The notes under the pieces: model-generated
Seen by the model: only the letters and a program-made list of their open reading frames with translations
The model's database searches: none
What the model was told of the DNA's origin: nothing
Shown: positions 32,539-44,051 of the stretch, piece by piece
Layout: each line of letters begins with the position of its first letter
Position numbering within the stretch: position 1 is the stretch's first letter
Translations under genes and position numbers: made by a program
DNA from: Macrostomum hystrix
Lineage: Eukaryota; Animalia; Platyhelminthes
Reading direction: 5' to 3'
Assembly: GCA_950097015.1 (NCBI GenBank)
Contig: CATNEN010000029.1
Location: 6,758,001-6,822,000, forward strand
Length of the DNA: 64,000 bases

Positions 32539-35500
32539 TCACAAGTGACTCATCTCCCTGGCAACCGCCAAGCTGTTAGCACTGCCCGGATAGCGGGACT
32601 TGCCGCTTCCGCTGGCCCCGCCGCCGCCGCCTCCGCCGTTATGCTGACTGTCGAACTCGTCCTGCTGTTGGCCGCCGACGCTTCGCCTGCCTTTGTAGGC
32701 GTGCCGCCAGATATCCACAAAACAGCAGGCCGAGTGGAACCGGAAGAAGATGATCAACGGCGAGCAGACGTAGGAGAAGATTTGCGACGCGATCAGCACG
32801 TAGGCGTCGTTATAATTCGGTAGGCTGTTGATTTCGCGCACCTCCAGTGTGTAAACAACCCACAGAGCCAGGTTGCCTAGCAACAGTGACGCAATCATCT
32901 CGCGACCGGGCTTGCGATCGATGGCCTCGCTGGTGCTGGAGCGCCGCTTCTCGCCGTCCAGGACCAGGAACACCTGCGGCAGGGGTATTGTTGATTGCGT
33001 CGGGAATTATTCATACACCTGCCTGATTTACCTGATCCCCTGCAGCAGGCTCTGCATTCTCCCCCTTCCCAGCCTCACCTGCAGCAGGCTCCGCATTCTC
33101 CCCCTTCCCAGCCTCACCTGCAGCAGTAGGCTCCGCATTCTCCCCCTTCCCAGCCTCACCTGCAGCAGTAGGCTCCGCATTCTCCCCCTTCCCAGCCTCA
33201 CCTGCAGCAGTAGGCTCTGCATTCCCCCTTCCCAGCCTCACCTGCAGCAGTAGGCTCTGCATTCTCCCCCTTCCCAGCCTCACCTGCAGCAGTAGGCTCT
33301 GCATTCCCCCTTCCCAGCCTCACCTGCAGCAGTAGGCTCTGCATTCTCCCCCTTCCCAGCCTCACCTGCAGCAGGCTCCGCATTCTCCCCCTTCCCAGCC
33401 TCACCTGCAGCAGTAGGCTCCGCATTCTCCCCCTTCCCAGCCTCACCTGCAGCAGTAGGCTCCGCATTCTCCCCCTTCCCAGCCTCACCTGCAGCAGTAG
33501 GCTCTGCATTCCCCCTTCCCAGCCTCACCTGCAGCAGTAGGCTCTGCATTCTCCCCCTTCCCAGCCTCACCTGCAGCAGTAGGCTCTGCATTCCCCCTTC
33601 CCAGCCTCACCTGCAGCAGTAGGCTCTGCATTCTCCCCCTTCCCAGCCTCACCTGCAGCAGGCTCTGCATTCCCCCTTCCCAGCCTCACCTGCAGCAGTA
33701 GGCTCTGCATTCTCCCCCTTCCCAGCCTCACCTGCAGCAGGCTCTGCATTCCCCCTTCCCAGCCTCACCTGCAGCAGGCTCTGCATTCCCCCTTCCCAGC
33801 CTCACCTGCAGCAGTAGGCTCTGCATTCCCCCTTCCCAGCCTCACCTGCAGCAGTAGGCTCTGCATTCCCCCTTCCCAGCCTCACCTGCAGCAGTAGGCT
33901 CTGCATTCCCCCTTCCCAGCCTCACCTGCAGCAGTAGGCTCTGCATTCTCCCCCTTCCCAGCCTCACCTGCAGCAGTAGGCTCTGCATTCTCCCCCTTCC
34001 CAGCCTCACCTGCAGCAGTAGGCTCCGCATTCTCCCCCTTCCCAGCCTCACCTGCAGCAGTAGGCTCTGCATTCCCCCTTCCCAGCCTCACCTGCAGCAG
34101 TAGGCTCTGCATTCCCCCTTCCCAGCCTCACCTGCAGCAGTAGGCTCTGCATTCTCCCCCTTCCCAGCCTCACCTGCAGCAGTAGGCTCTGCATTCTCCC
34201 CCTTCCCAGCCTCACCTGCAGCAGTAGGCTCTGCATTCCCCCTTCCCAGCCTCACCTGCAGCAGTAGGCTCTGCATTCCCCCTTCCCAGCCTCACCTGCA
34301 GCAGTAGGCTCTGCATTCTCCCCCTTCCCAGCCTCACCTGCAGCAGTAGGCTCTGCATTCTCCCCCTTCCCAGCCTCACCTGCAGCAGTAGGCTCTGCAT
34401 TCTCCCCCTTCCCAGCCTCACCTGCAGCAGTAGGCTCTGCATTCCCCCTTCCCAGCCTCACCTGCAGCAGTAGGCTCTGCATTCTCCCCCTTCCCAGCCT
34501 CACCTGCAGCAGTAGGCTCTGCATTCTCCCCCTTCCCAGCCTCACCTGCAGCAGTAGGCTCTGCATTCCCCCTTCCCAGCCTCACCTGCAGCAGTAGGCT
34601 CTGCATTCTCCCTTCCCAGCCTCACCTGCAGCAGGCTCTGCATTCCCCCTTCCCAGCCTCACCTGCAGCAGTAGGCTCTGCATTCCCCCTTCCCAGCCTC
34701 ACCTGCAGCAGTAGGCTCTGCATTCCCCCTTCCCAGCCTCACCTGCAGCAGTAGGCTCTGCATTCCCCCTTCCCAGCCTCACCTGCAGCAGTAGGCTCTG
34801 CATTCTCCCCCTTCCCAGCCTCACCTGCAGCAGTAGGCTCTGCATTCTCCCCCTTCCCAGCCTCACCTGCAGCAGTAGGCTCCGCATTCTCCCCCTTCCC
34901 AGCCTCACCTGCAGCAGTAGGCTCCGCATTCTCCCCCTTCCCAGCCTCACCTGCAGCAGTAGGCTCTGCATTCTCCCTTCCCAGCCTCACCTGCAGCAGT
35001 AGGCTCTGCATTCTCCCCCTTCCCAGCCTCACCTGCAGCAGTAGGCTCTGCATTCCCCCTTCCCAGCCTCACCTGCAGCAGTAGGCTCTGCATTCCCCCT
35101 TCCCAGCCTCACCTGCAGCAGTAGGCTCTGCATTCCCCCTTCCCAGCCTCACCTGCAGCAGTAGGCTCTGCATTCCCCCTTCCCAGCCTCACCTGCAGCA
35201 GTAGGCTCTGCATTCCCCCTTCCCAGCCTCACCTGCAGCAGTAGGCTCTGCATTCCCCCTTCCCAGCCTCACCTGCAGCAGTAGGCTCTGCATTCCCCCT
35301 TCCCAGCCTCACCTGCAGCAGTAGGCTCTGCATTCCCCCTTCCCAGCCTCACCTGCAGCAGTAGGCTCTGCATTCTCCCCCTTCCCAGCCTCACCTGCAG
35401 CAGGCTCTGCATTCCCCCTTCCCAGCCTCACCTGCAGCAGTAGGCTCTGCATTCCCCCTTCCCAGCCTCACCTGCAGCAGTAGGCTCTGCATTCCCCCTT

Positions 35501-38500
35501 CCCAGCCTCACCTGCAGCAGACTCTGCATGATGCAGATGGTGCCCTGAGCCAGTCGCAGAGCTAGGAACAGGCCGTTTTCAGAGAAGGCGCCAAATAGTT
35601 GGAACAGCTCAAATGCCAGCACGCCAATGAGAGTGATGCCAAGTAGCCAAGAGTCCGGACCAGTGCTCATCTTCTGCACCAGAGTCAGCGCCTGCATCTG
35701 TCTGTAGGCCACAATGCACAGGACCAAATTGAGTGTTAGCAAGGCCAGATCCGTGCACAGATAGATGTACTTGCTAACAATGAGATCATCCGGCTTGTCA
35801 TTGATGTAGATAATGAAATAGATGCCAGACACAATGCCCACAATCATCTGCAGGGCTCCCAAGAAGAAGCCTTTGTCGCTTTTATAGCAGCTGGCAGAGA
35901 AGCTAGTCTGGGCCTTCTTGCGATTCCGCAGACACTTCTTGCCAACATTGAAGCCCTTCGTCTGGATGACGTCAAGAAATTTGCCAACGTTGCAATAGAG
36001 CACGTAGCAGGAAAATGCTGCCATCAGCGAGTACTCGATGGTGAATGGGAATAGGTAGGGAGCCATGCGCCAGAACACCTCCTTGGAGCAGTTGACTGAA
36101 GCACCGTGCCCGCCACCCTGACTGCTGTTCAGGACAGCCATGGTGTAGTTGTAGCTGCCAGCAGCGGCTGCACCGTGAGCATAGTGTTGCGATGATGCCG
36201 ACGGTTTGTAAGATTTAACAGCCAGCTTGTGGGCATTGTGACCAGTCTCTAATAGGATGGCCTGAAACCACACGCACATGTTGGTGGCCATCAGGTGCAT
36301 GAACCCGAGCACTGACACCTGCGAGCGGTTTGGGATTGGCAGTTATTGGCCTTTGAAATGGCGATCATTGGCCAGGATATGATCTTGAAACTGAGGGAAA
36401 CTATAATAAGAGAACTGAGTTGATGCTACTAACACTGAAGGGGATAATGCTGAAACTGAAGGGGATAATGCTGAAACTGAAGGGGATAATGCTGAAACTG
36501 AAGGGGATAATGCTGAAACTGAAGGGGATAATGCTGAAACTGAAGGGGATAATGCTGAAACTGAAGGGGATAATGCTGAAACTGAAGGGGATAATGCTGA
36601 AACTGAAGGGGATAATGCTGAAACTGAGGGGATACTACTGAAACTGAAGGGGATAATGCTGAAACTGAGGGGAAAATGCTGAAACCGAGGGGATAATGCT
36701 GAAACTGAGGGGATAATGCTGAAACTGAGGGGATAATGCTGAAACTGAGGGGATAATACTGAAACTGAGGGGATAATGCTGAAACTGAGGGAATACTACT
36801 GAAACTGAGGGGATAATACTGAAAGTGAGGGGATAATACTGAAACTGAGGGATAATGCTGAAACTGAGGGGAAAATGCTGAAACTGAGGGGAAAATGCTG
36901 AAACTGAGGGGAAAATGCTGAAACTGAGGGGAAAATGCTGAAACTGAGGGGAAAATGCTGAAACCGAGGGGATAATGCTGAAACTGAGGGGAAAATGCTG
37001 AAACTGAGGGATAATACTGAAACTGAGGGGATAATGCTGAAACTGAGGGGATACTACTGAAACTGAGGGATAATACTTAAGCTGTGGGGATAATACTGAA
37101 ACTGAGGGGATAATGCTGAAACTGAGGGGATACTACTGAAACTGAGGGGATAATGCTGAAACTGAGGGGATACTACTGAAACTGAGGGGATAATACTGAA
37201 ACTGAGGGGATAATACTGAAACTGAAGGGATAATGCTGAAACTAAGGGGATAATACTGAAACTGAGGGGATAATACTGAAACTGAGGGGATAATGCTGAA
37301 ACTGAGGGGATACTACTGAAACTGAGGGATAATACTGAAACTGAGGGGATAATGCTGAAACCGAGGGGATAATGCTGAAACTGAGGGATAATACTGAAAC
37401 TGAGGGATAATACTGAAACTGAGGGGATAATGCTGAAACTGAGGGATAATACTGAAACTGAGGGGATAATACTCAAACTGAAGGGATAATACTGAAACTG
37501 AGGGGATAATACTGAAACTGAGGGGATAATACTGAAACTGAGGGGATAATACTGAAACTGAGGGGACAATGCTGAAACTGAGGGGATAATGCTAAAACTG
37601 AGGGATAATACTGAAACTGAGGGATAATACTGAAACTGAGGGGATAATGCTGAAACTGAGGGATAATACTGAAACTGAGGGGATAATACTCAAACTGAAG
37701 GGATAATACTGAAACTGAGGGGATAATACTGAAACTGAGGGGATAATGCTGAAACTGAGGGGATAATACTGAAACTGAGGGGATAATACTGAAACTGAGG
37801 GGATAATACTGAATCTGAGGGGATAATACTTAAGCTGTGGGGATGACGTTGAAACAAAAACTAGCATTTAGCAGATTTCTTACAAGTACTGAACTGTATG
37901 CTTAACTCAAAAAGACGAATTGCTCCCGCAACCAACCTTGTGATAGATATTAACGGACACCTTGCTGTACTTGAAGATGAAGAATGTCTGCAGCACCGTG
38001 AAGGCAATGCTCAGGGCGTATTGAATCATTAGGCCCGCCGCTTTACCGCCGTCCGTGCACTGATTGCCAACCTCAGTCAGGGTGTCCACAACAAATAGAA
38101 AGTCGTGCGTGACCTTCAGCGAGCCGAATATGAAGCAGGCGATGCGGAGAAAGAAGGAAGGCGAATGAGACTCCTGCAGTGACAGCACAGAGTAGGCCTG
38201 AATCTCGTGCACGCCCAGCTCCTTGGCGTTCTGAATCAGTGTGGAATTGATCCGCTTCATGTAGGCCTTCTGCCTGCCGATTGTGTCCAGATTCGAGCCG
38301 TGGGTGCTGCTGTTCTGCACATCGAATGTCACACCCAGCTGGCTGCACTGGCCCGCTGACACCACCGAGCCGATCGTCTGCTGGTGCGGCTGCTGGTGCT
38401 GCTGCTGGTGCTGCTGCTGATGCCCAGCTTCCGGTTCTTGCAGTTCAATCTGCGTGTGACCGGAAGCGCCATTGCAAAGCGAATAGGACTGCTGCTGCTG

Positions 38501-41500
38501 CTGCGGATGAAGATAATTGCGCTGGCGGGATCCGTCCTGAGAATATGAGTGGCGAAAGAAAAAATCTAAATTAAAAACGAAGTGCTTTAATTAAAAAATT
38601 CACTCTGAATCGTTACCAAGGTGTCATTAACTACACACTCGAATAAGTTCAGATGCAGTGCACTATTAAAAAGCGGTTTGAAATTAGTAAAGAAAATAGT
38701 ACAAAACAATCTGGATTGTAAATTCCGAATTCCGAATAATATTAATAATCAAGACTTGCGAAACACACAAAACAAAATGTGATTCTCGAAATTATAAACC
38801 GATTATAAAGTCGAGATGCGATTCTAGGAATTGAGATGCGACTCTAGGAATTGAGATGCGATTCTAGGAATCGAGATGCGATTCTAGGAATTGAGATGCG
38901 ATTCTAGGAATTGAGATGCGATTCTAGGAATCGAGATGCGATTCTAGGAATCGAGATGCGATTCTAGGAATCGAGATGCGATTCCAGAAAAGTCATGATT
39001 TAAAAAATGAAAACCTAATTACTCTTAAAAAGGTAAAATGTCACGAAATCTTCGCCAGATCTGTACTACTATTAGTAGATTGAATTGGACATATTCTACT
39101 GCTCGGAGTATGTTTTGATCATTTTAAAATAAAAACTATAAGGAAATCTTGCTTAATAAATACACGGAAATGTTACACAATCTAAAAAATAGCAATCATG
39201 CAAATCATGAACCCCTTACATGATTTAAAGCATTGCGGTCATGCGCAGCGCAACTATGTTAATTTGGAGTTAATCAACGTGCGTGCCGCCCCGCGGTGAC
39301 GCAAGCAAAAGCAGGTTATATAGAAATAGCAGGTAAGCTTTATCTAAAGTAGCTTTATAAAATATTTCAAGCAATGAGCTTGACTGTTAACTAAAGAAAT
39401 AGTATTTATAAAAATAATTACTACTTCAGTAAAAGACAAACCTGTCTTTCCAGTAGTGATTGACTCTGCAAAAAATCATGACAATTTATAATATAGTTTC
39501 CGCCATCCGCTCGCAGCTCTGCAGTACTACACTGCGTACGTAACACTAAATTAATGAAGTCATAGTTATAATTAGCTAGATCCGCCAAAGCTAGAGCAAC
39601 TGTAGCAACAGCATATATTTTGGGTTGATACATGCGGGCAGAACAGCGACCTATAATAACCAGGAAATCAATAAGACACCATATAATTGCAGTGCATATA
39701 GAAATTTATACGATTTTAAACTTTCCTAATGCTGCGACTGGCTACAATGCTAAATGCTACAATCGAATGTAAAACTCACTAGTCTTCATGAACATCACTA
39801 GTGTCTTCCTTAATCACAATAGATTCTTTGAAAATCTCACCAGAATCTATCTAAACCTCAGTCTCAGTAAAAATAACAAAATAATTTAAAAATCTCGCTA
39901 GAAACAGTTTAAATCTCACTAGAATCTGCATAAATCTCACTAGAATCTGCATAAATCTCACTAGAATCTGCATAAATCTCACTAGAATCTGTATAAATCT
40001 CACTAGAATCTGCATAAATCTCACTAGAATCTGCATAAATCTCACTAGAATCTGCATAAATCTCAGTAGAATCTGCATAAATCTCAGTAGAATCTGCATA
40101 AATCTCAGTAGAATCTGCACAAATCTCACTAGAATCTGCATAAATCTCACTAGAATCTGCATAAATCTCACTAGAATCTGCATAAATCTCACTAGAATCT
40201 GCATAAATCTCACTAGAATCTGCATAAATCTCACTAGAATCTGCATAAATCTCACTAGAATCTGCATAAATCTCACTAGAATCTGCATAAATCTCACTAG
40301 AATCTGCATAAATCTCAGTAGAATCTGCATAAATCTCAGTAGAATCTGCATAAATCTCAGTAGAATCTGCACAAATCTCACTAGAATCTGCATAAATCTC
40401 AGTAGAATCTGCATAAATCTCACTAGAATCTGCATAAATCTCACTAGAATCTCCACAAAGCTCACTAGAATCTGCATAAATCTCACTAGAATCTGCATAA
40501 ATCTCAATAGAATCTGCATAAATCTCAATAGAATATCCAAAAATCTCACTAGAATCTGCACAAATCTCACTAGAATCTCTACAAATCTCACTAGAATCTG
40601 CATAAATCTCACTAGAATCTGCATAAATCTCACTAGAATCTGCATAAATCTCAATAGAATATCCAAAAATCTCACTAGAATCTGCATAAATCTCACTAGA
40701 ACCTGCATAAATCTCATTAGAACCGTAGAAAACTGTAACGACTGATGCGCAGATGAAGGTCCCAGCAGCTCACCTCTTTGCCGTGAAAATTGTGATTACT
40801 CTCCGACACTGAGAAGCGGCCAATCCGGAACTGCACCCGACCGGCGCCGCTATCGCCAACAGCCGTGGCGGCAGCCGAACCGGCAAAGGGTCCTCCGGCG
40901 GGCCGCTCAGTCTCCTGTAGACGGACTAGCTCGCCCGAACAGCCGGAATTCTCAACGAACAACTTGTGAGACGGCCGGCTCATCACCCAGGTCATGAAGA
41001 ACAACAGGAAGGCGATGGCGGACGAGTGCAGCAGGATGTAGAAGGCGCATAGATACCAGTCTGAGTAGGGCTTGGCTCTCACATAGCTGCTCAAGGGAAA
41101 TATCAGGCCGAACAGGGTTAGGAATATTGCGTAAAGCATGGCCATCTGGTTGAAGCTGCCCGAACTCTCTCCTCCTCCTCCTCCTCCGCTGCCGCTGCTG
41201 CCGCCGCCGTCTTTGCCGCCGCCGCTGCTGTTGATGACACCTTGGGCGCTAGACCGGCGCAAATCCGAAGCTTCTACTTCGACGCCGGCGCTGGCGCAAT
41301 GCTGATCAATCCGGCGTGGCCCCAAGTCGGCCAAGTCGCCGATTGAATCCGAGCGGCTGCAGACGGCGCTGCCGGGGCCAATGCCGCTCTCTTCTGTGCG
41401 ACTCAACTGGCGATTCTTGAGCAGATGCGGCAGGTGCGCAATCACACTGAGCGCGCCCCGAGTGCCTGTGGTGCTTTGGTAGGAATGACGAGTCTCAGAA

Positions 41501-41523
41501 TTTCTGCTTGCCGTGTGATTCAT
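32539..41523 (-). CDS. Otopetrin-family proton channel, ~860 aa. Exons 41523-40774, 38536-37937 (alternative donor 37961), 36318-35512, 32973-32539
   Basis: Family motifs SFFLRI...FG, LQTFFIF, GFMHLMATN.CVW, PYLFPFTIEYSL, C...KGFFLG, RKPGRE.I..LL.GN.ALW, PL.IFFRFHS.CC..D.W; all introns GT-AG phase 0. Start codon and possible upstream exons uncertain. Confidence 0.9.
33040..35511 (-). repeat. ~60 tandem copies (40/42 bp, some 37-39) of the otopetrin exon 3 / intron 3 junction
   Basis: Unit GTGAGGCTGGGAAGGGGG(A)-ATGCAGAGCCT(ACT)GCTGCAG equals the first ~18 nt of the intron plus the last ~18-21 nt of the exon (real exon end ATGCAGAGTCTGCTGCAG|GTGAGG). Confidence 0.95.
36385..37845. repeat. 19-21-bp minisatellite in otopetrin intron 2 (sense unit cattatcccctcagtttcag)
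   Basis: Direct inspection. Confidence 0.95.
38812..38987. repeat. 20-bp repeat, ~9 units (gagatgcgattctaggaatt), otopetrin intron 1
   Basis: Direct inspection. Confidence 0.92.
39912..40722. repeat. 21-bp minisatellite, ~38 units (aatctcactagaatctgcata), otopetrin intron 1
   Basis: Direct inspection; source of the RFMQILV pseudo-ORF. Confidence 0.96.
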
Positions 41524-41608
41524 CGCCCGCAAGGGTTCCTTCTGGCCTCTTCTAGGAGGAAGACTGCCGCAGACTGGCTGAGCGGTTAGGCTGGAAGCAT
41601 ATAAGAAT

Positions 41609-41800
41609 GGGGTGGCTCATTTTTTTCCTTTCACAGTTCAAAATGTGGAAGACTTGTGACCCAAAGGTCGGGGGTTCGAATCCCAGCCCATGGGAAGCGA
41701 TTGTGTTCTTGAGCAAGTCGAATGTTTTAGCTCACGCAGCTTGAACATGGCAGTCCCAGTCCATGGACTGTACAGCTGTACGCAAATATATCTCTATCGG
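41609..41800 (+). mobile_element. tRNA-derived SINE, family 2
   Basis: Perfect B-box GGTTCGAATCCC (41673-41684), possible interrupted A-box ggggtggctca, then tgtgttcttgagcaagtc resembling the start of CORE/Meta-type SINE central domains, and a 14-bp palindrome. Confidence 0.6.
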
Positions 41801-42289
41801 CTTCAATTCCAAAAAAGCTCATTCTTCTATTGAAAAAAACTGTTAAGCAGAGGCCCAGATAAGATCAGCCAAAGCTATAAATTACTTCACTTATCTGAGG
41901 TCGCAATATATCAAAGCCTTAGAGAATATAAATAAAGTACAGCTAAAAGGTTTTTACGGCATTTGTGACTGCCATACACGATAAGGGGTTGGAATGTGTC
42001 AGCCCGCTCGTCTGTGACACTAAGCAAGCAACAAGTGAGCCTAGAGAAATAACCGCCATATTTGTAGGCCAGGTGCTTCAGTTATAAAAATAGGCATAAC
42101 TTTAATGTGAATTATAAAACCACTATAGATCGTAATTATGTTACACTGGCATTAAACACTGTGTTCCAAAGAATACCGGCCAATAGAATGTTTCAGATAA
42201 CGCTAACTAAAGTAACCGTTCCGTTCGGAATATTCCAGAACAAAATCACTACTTCACAGTCCATTGCACGTGTCTATGTGGTGGTTCCG

Positions 42290-42722
42290 AATGGGACAGT
42301 TCCACAGTTAGGAATGGGACAGTTCCACAGTTAGGACTGAGCCAGTTCCACAGTTAGGAATGGGACAGTTCCACAGTTAGGAATGGGACAGTTCCACAGT
42401 TAGGAATGGGACAGTTCCACAGTTAGGAATGGGACAGTTCCACAGTTAGGAATGGGACAGTTCCACAGTTAGGAATGGGACAGTCCTACAGTTAGGAATG
42501 GGACAGTTCCACAGTTAGGAATGGGACAGTTCCACAGTTAGGAATGGGACAGTCCTACAGTTAGGAATGGGACAGTTCCACAGTTAGGAATGGGACAGTT
42601 CCACAGTTAGGAATGGGACAGTTCCACAGTTGGGAATGGGACAGTTCCACAGTTAGGAATGGGACAGTTCCACAGTTAGGAATGGACAGGTCCACAGTTA
42701 GGAATGGGACAGTTCCACAGTT
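42290..42722. repeat. 23-bp minisatellite, ~19 units (tgggacagttccacagttaggaa)
   Basis: Direct inspection. Confidence 0.95.
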
Positions 42723-44051
42723 AACAGCGGTTAACTAAAAGACCGTATATGGGTGCAGCATTGCAGTAACTTACAAAGCAAATGAAAAACAACAACGCAC
42801 TTACCAGAGCTTCAGATATTAAAAAAGCAGATTTAACTATTTTTCGATTGAATCCTAGCTTAGAATAAAAAAGACGAAGTTATTAGGCTAACAAACAGAA
42901 CTTTAAATATAACAATTGTTTTGTACAATTGCAAATATGACAATGGTTCTATAGGTGTAGAGAACGAGCAGGAGTTTGTCGAGCTGTTTTTGAGCTGTTG
43001 GCCTACGGCTAGGGGTGGGCGAGGCTGTACAGAAAAGCAGAATGGAATATTGACCAGTGACGGAAGACTGGTTTTCTGTCGAAGAGTTTCTGTCTCGCAG
43101 TTTATCTAACTAGAATAGTTCGGATTGTGTTTTATATGGAAAATCTAAGCCCGAGTTTGAAATGTGAACCCGACCAGCAGAGTGAGAGAGAAAACAGAGA
43201 TAAATTGAAGCAATGAAATGCAGAAATTATTCTAATAGGTTTCTCTAATTGGTTCGCTAAAAAAACTGTCATGAGAACACAGCTTGGGTCCGAAGCTGCA
43301 TCACATCTATAATCAAAACATAGCCTATTTCCTAGGTTTGAATTGGCTCTAAATAAGTAAAAAATAAAGTAGTACATTCAGTACTATATGATTATAAACT
43401 TTACAATATATCTTCTATTGGCTATAAATTTGCTAAAAAAGCACAAACAGAAGCTAAAAATAGGAACACTAAAACAGCTGCGTAAGGTACTTACTAACTT
43501 TTACACTACCTACTTGCACTAGCTATAGATTGCATCCTAAATATAGTAGTTATTTAGTGCACACATCCTGATCAGCGGAATGGCCAGAATTCATGCTGAT
43601 TGTGTATTGACTGTTGCTGAATGATGGCTGTGTCAGTGTTACAGACTCTGCAGCAATTACAGCTATTATTTATTATAGCCAATAAAAAGAAAAATCACAT
43701 TTACTAGATCAACAGCTTGTGAAGTTGGCAAAGTTTACACGACTTTCATTATTGTATGTGAAATCAAAGCTAATTGCGCACGTTCAAAACAATTTGGACT
43801 ACTAGGCCAATGATAGAGACAACAAAGTAAGCCAAAACAATAACAATAATATCAACAAGCATGACAAACTAAACTAGTTCATGATAAACTAAAGCAGCAA
43901 TAGGATTGTGAGAAAAAAACTTACTTTTAAGTTCTTTGTTGCTTAGTTAATTTTTTACTTTAAAATGCATGTTTTTCCTATAACTTTCCATTTCACGAGT
44001 GTAATTGCATCAGAGAATTTGAAATTATGCGTTTCATCATTTTGGAATGAT

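Noticed and set aside
42921-43109. Short ORF with a possible acceptor (tctatag|gtgtag)
   Set aside because: No recognisable domain and no partner exons found.
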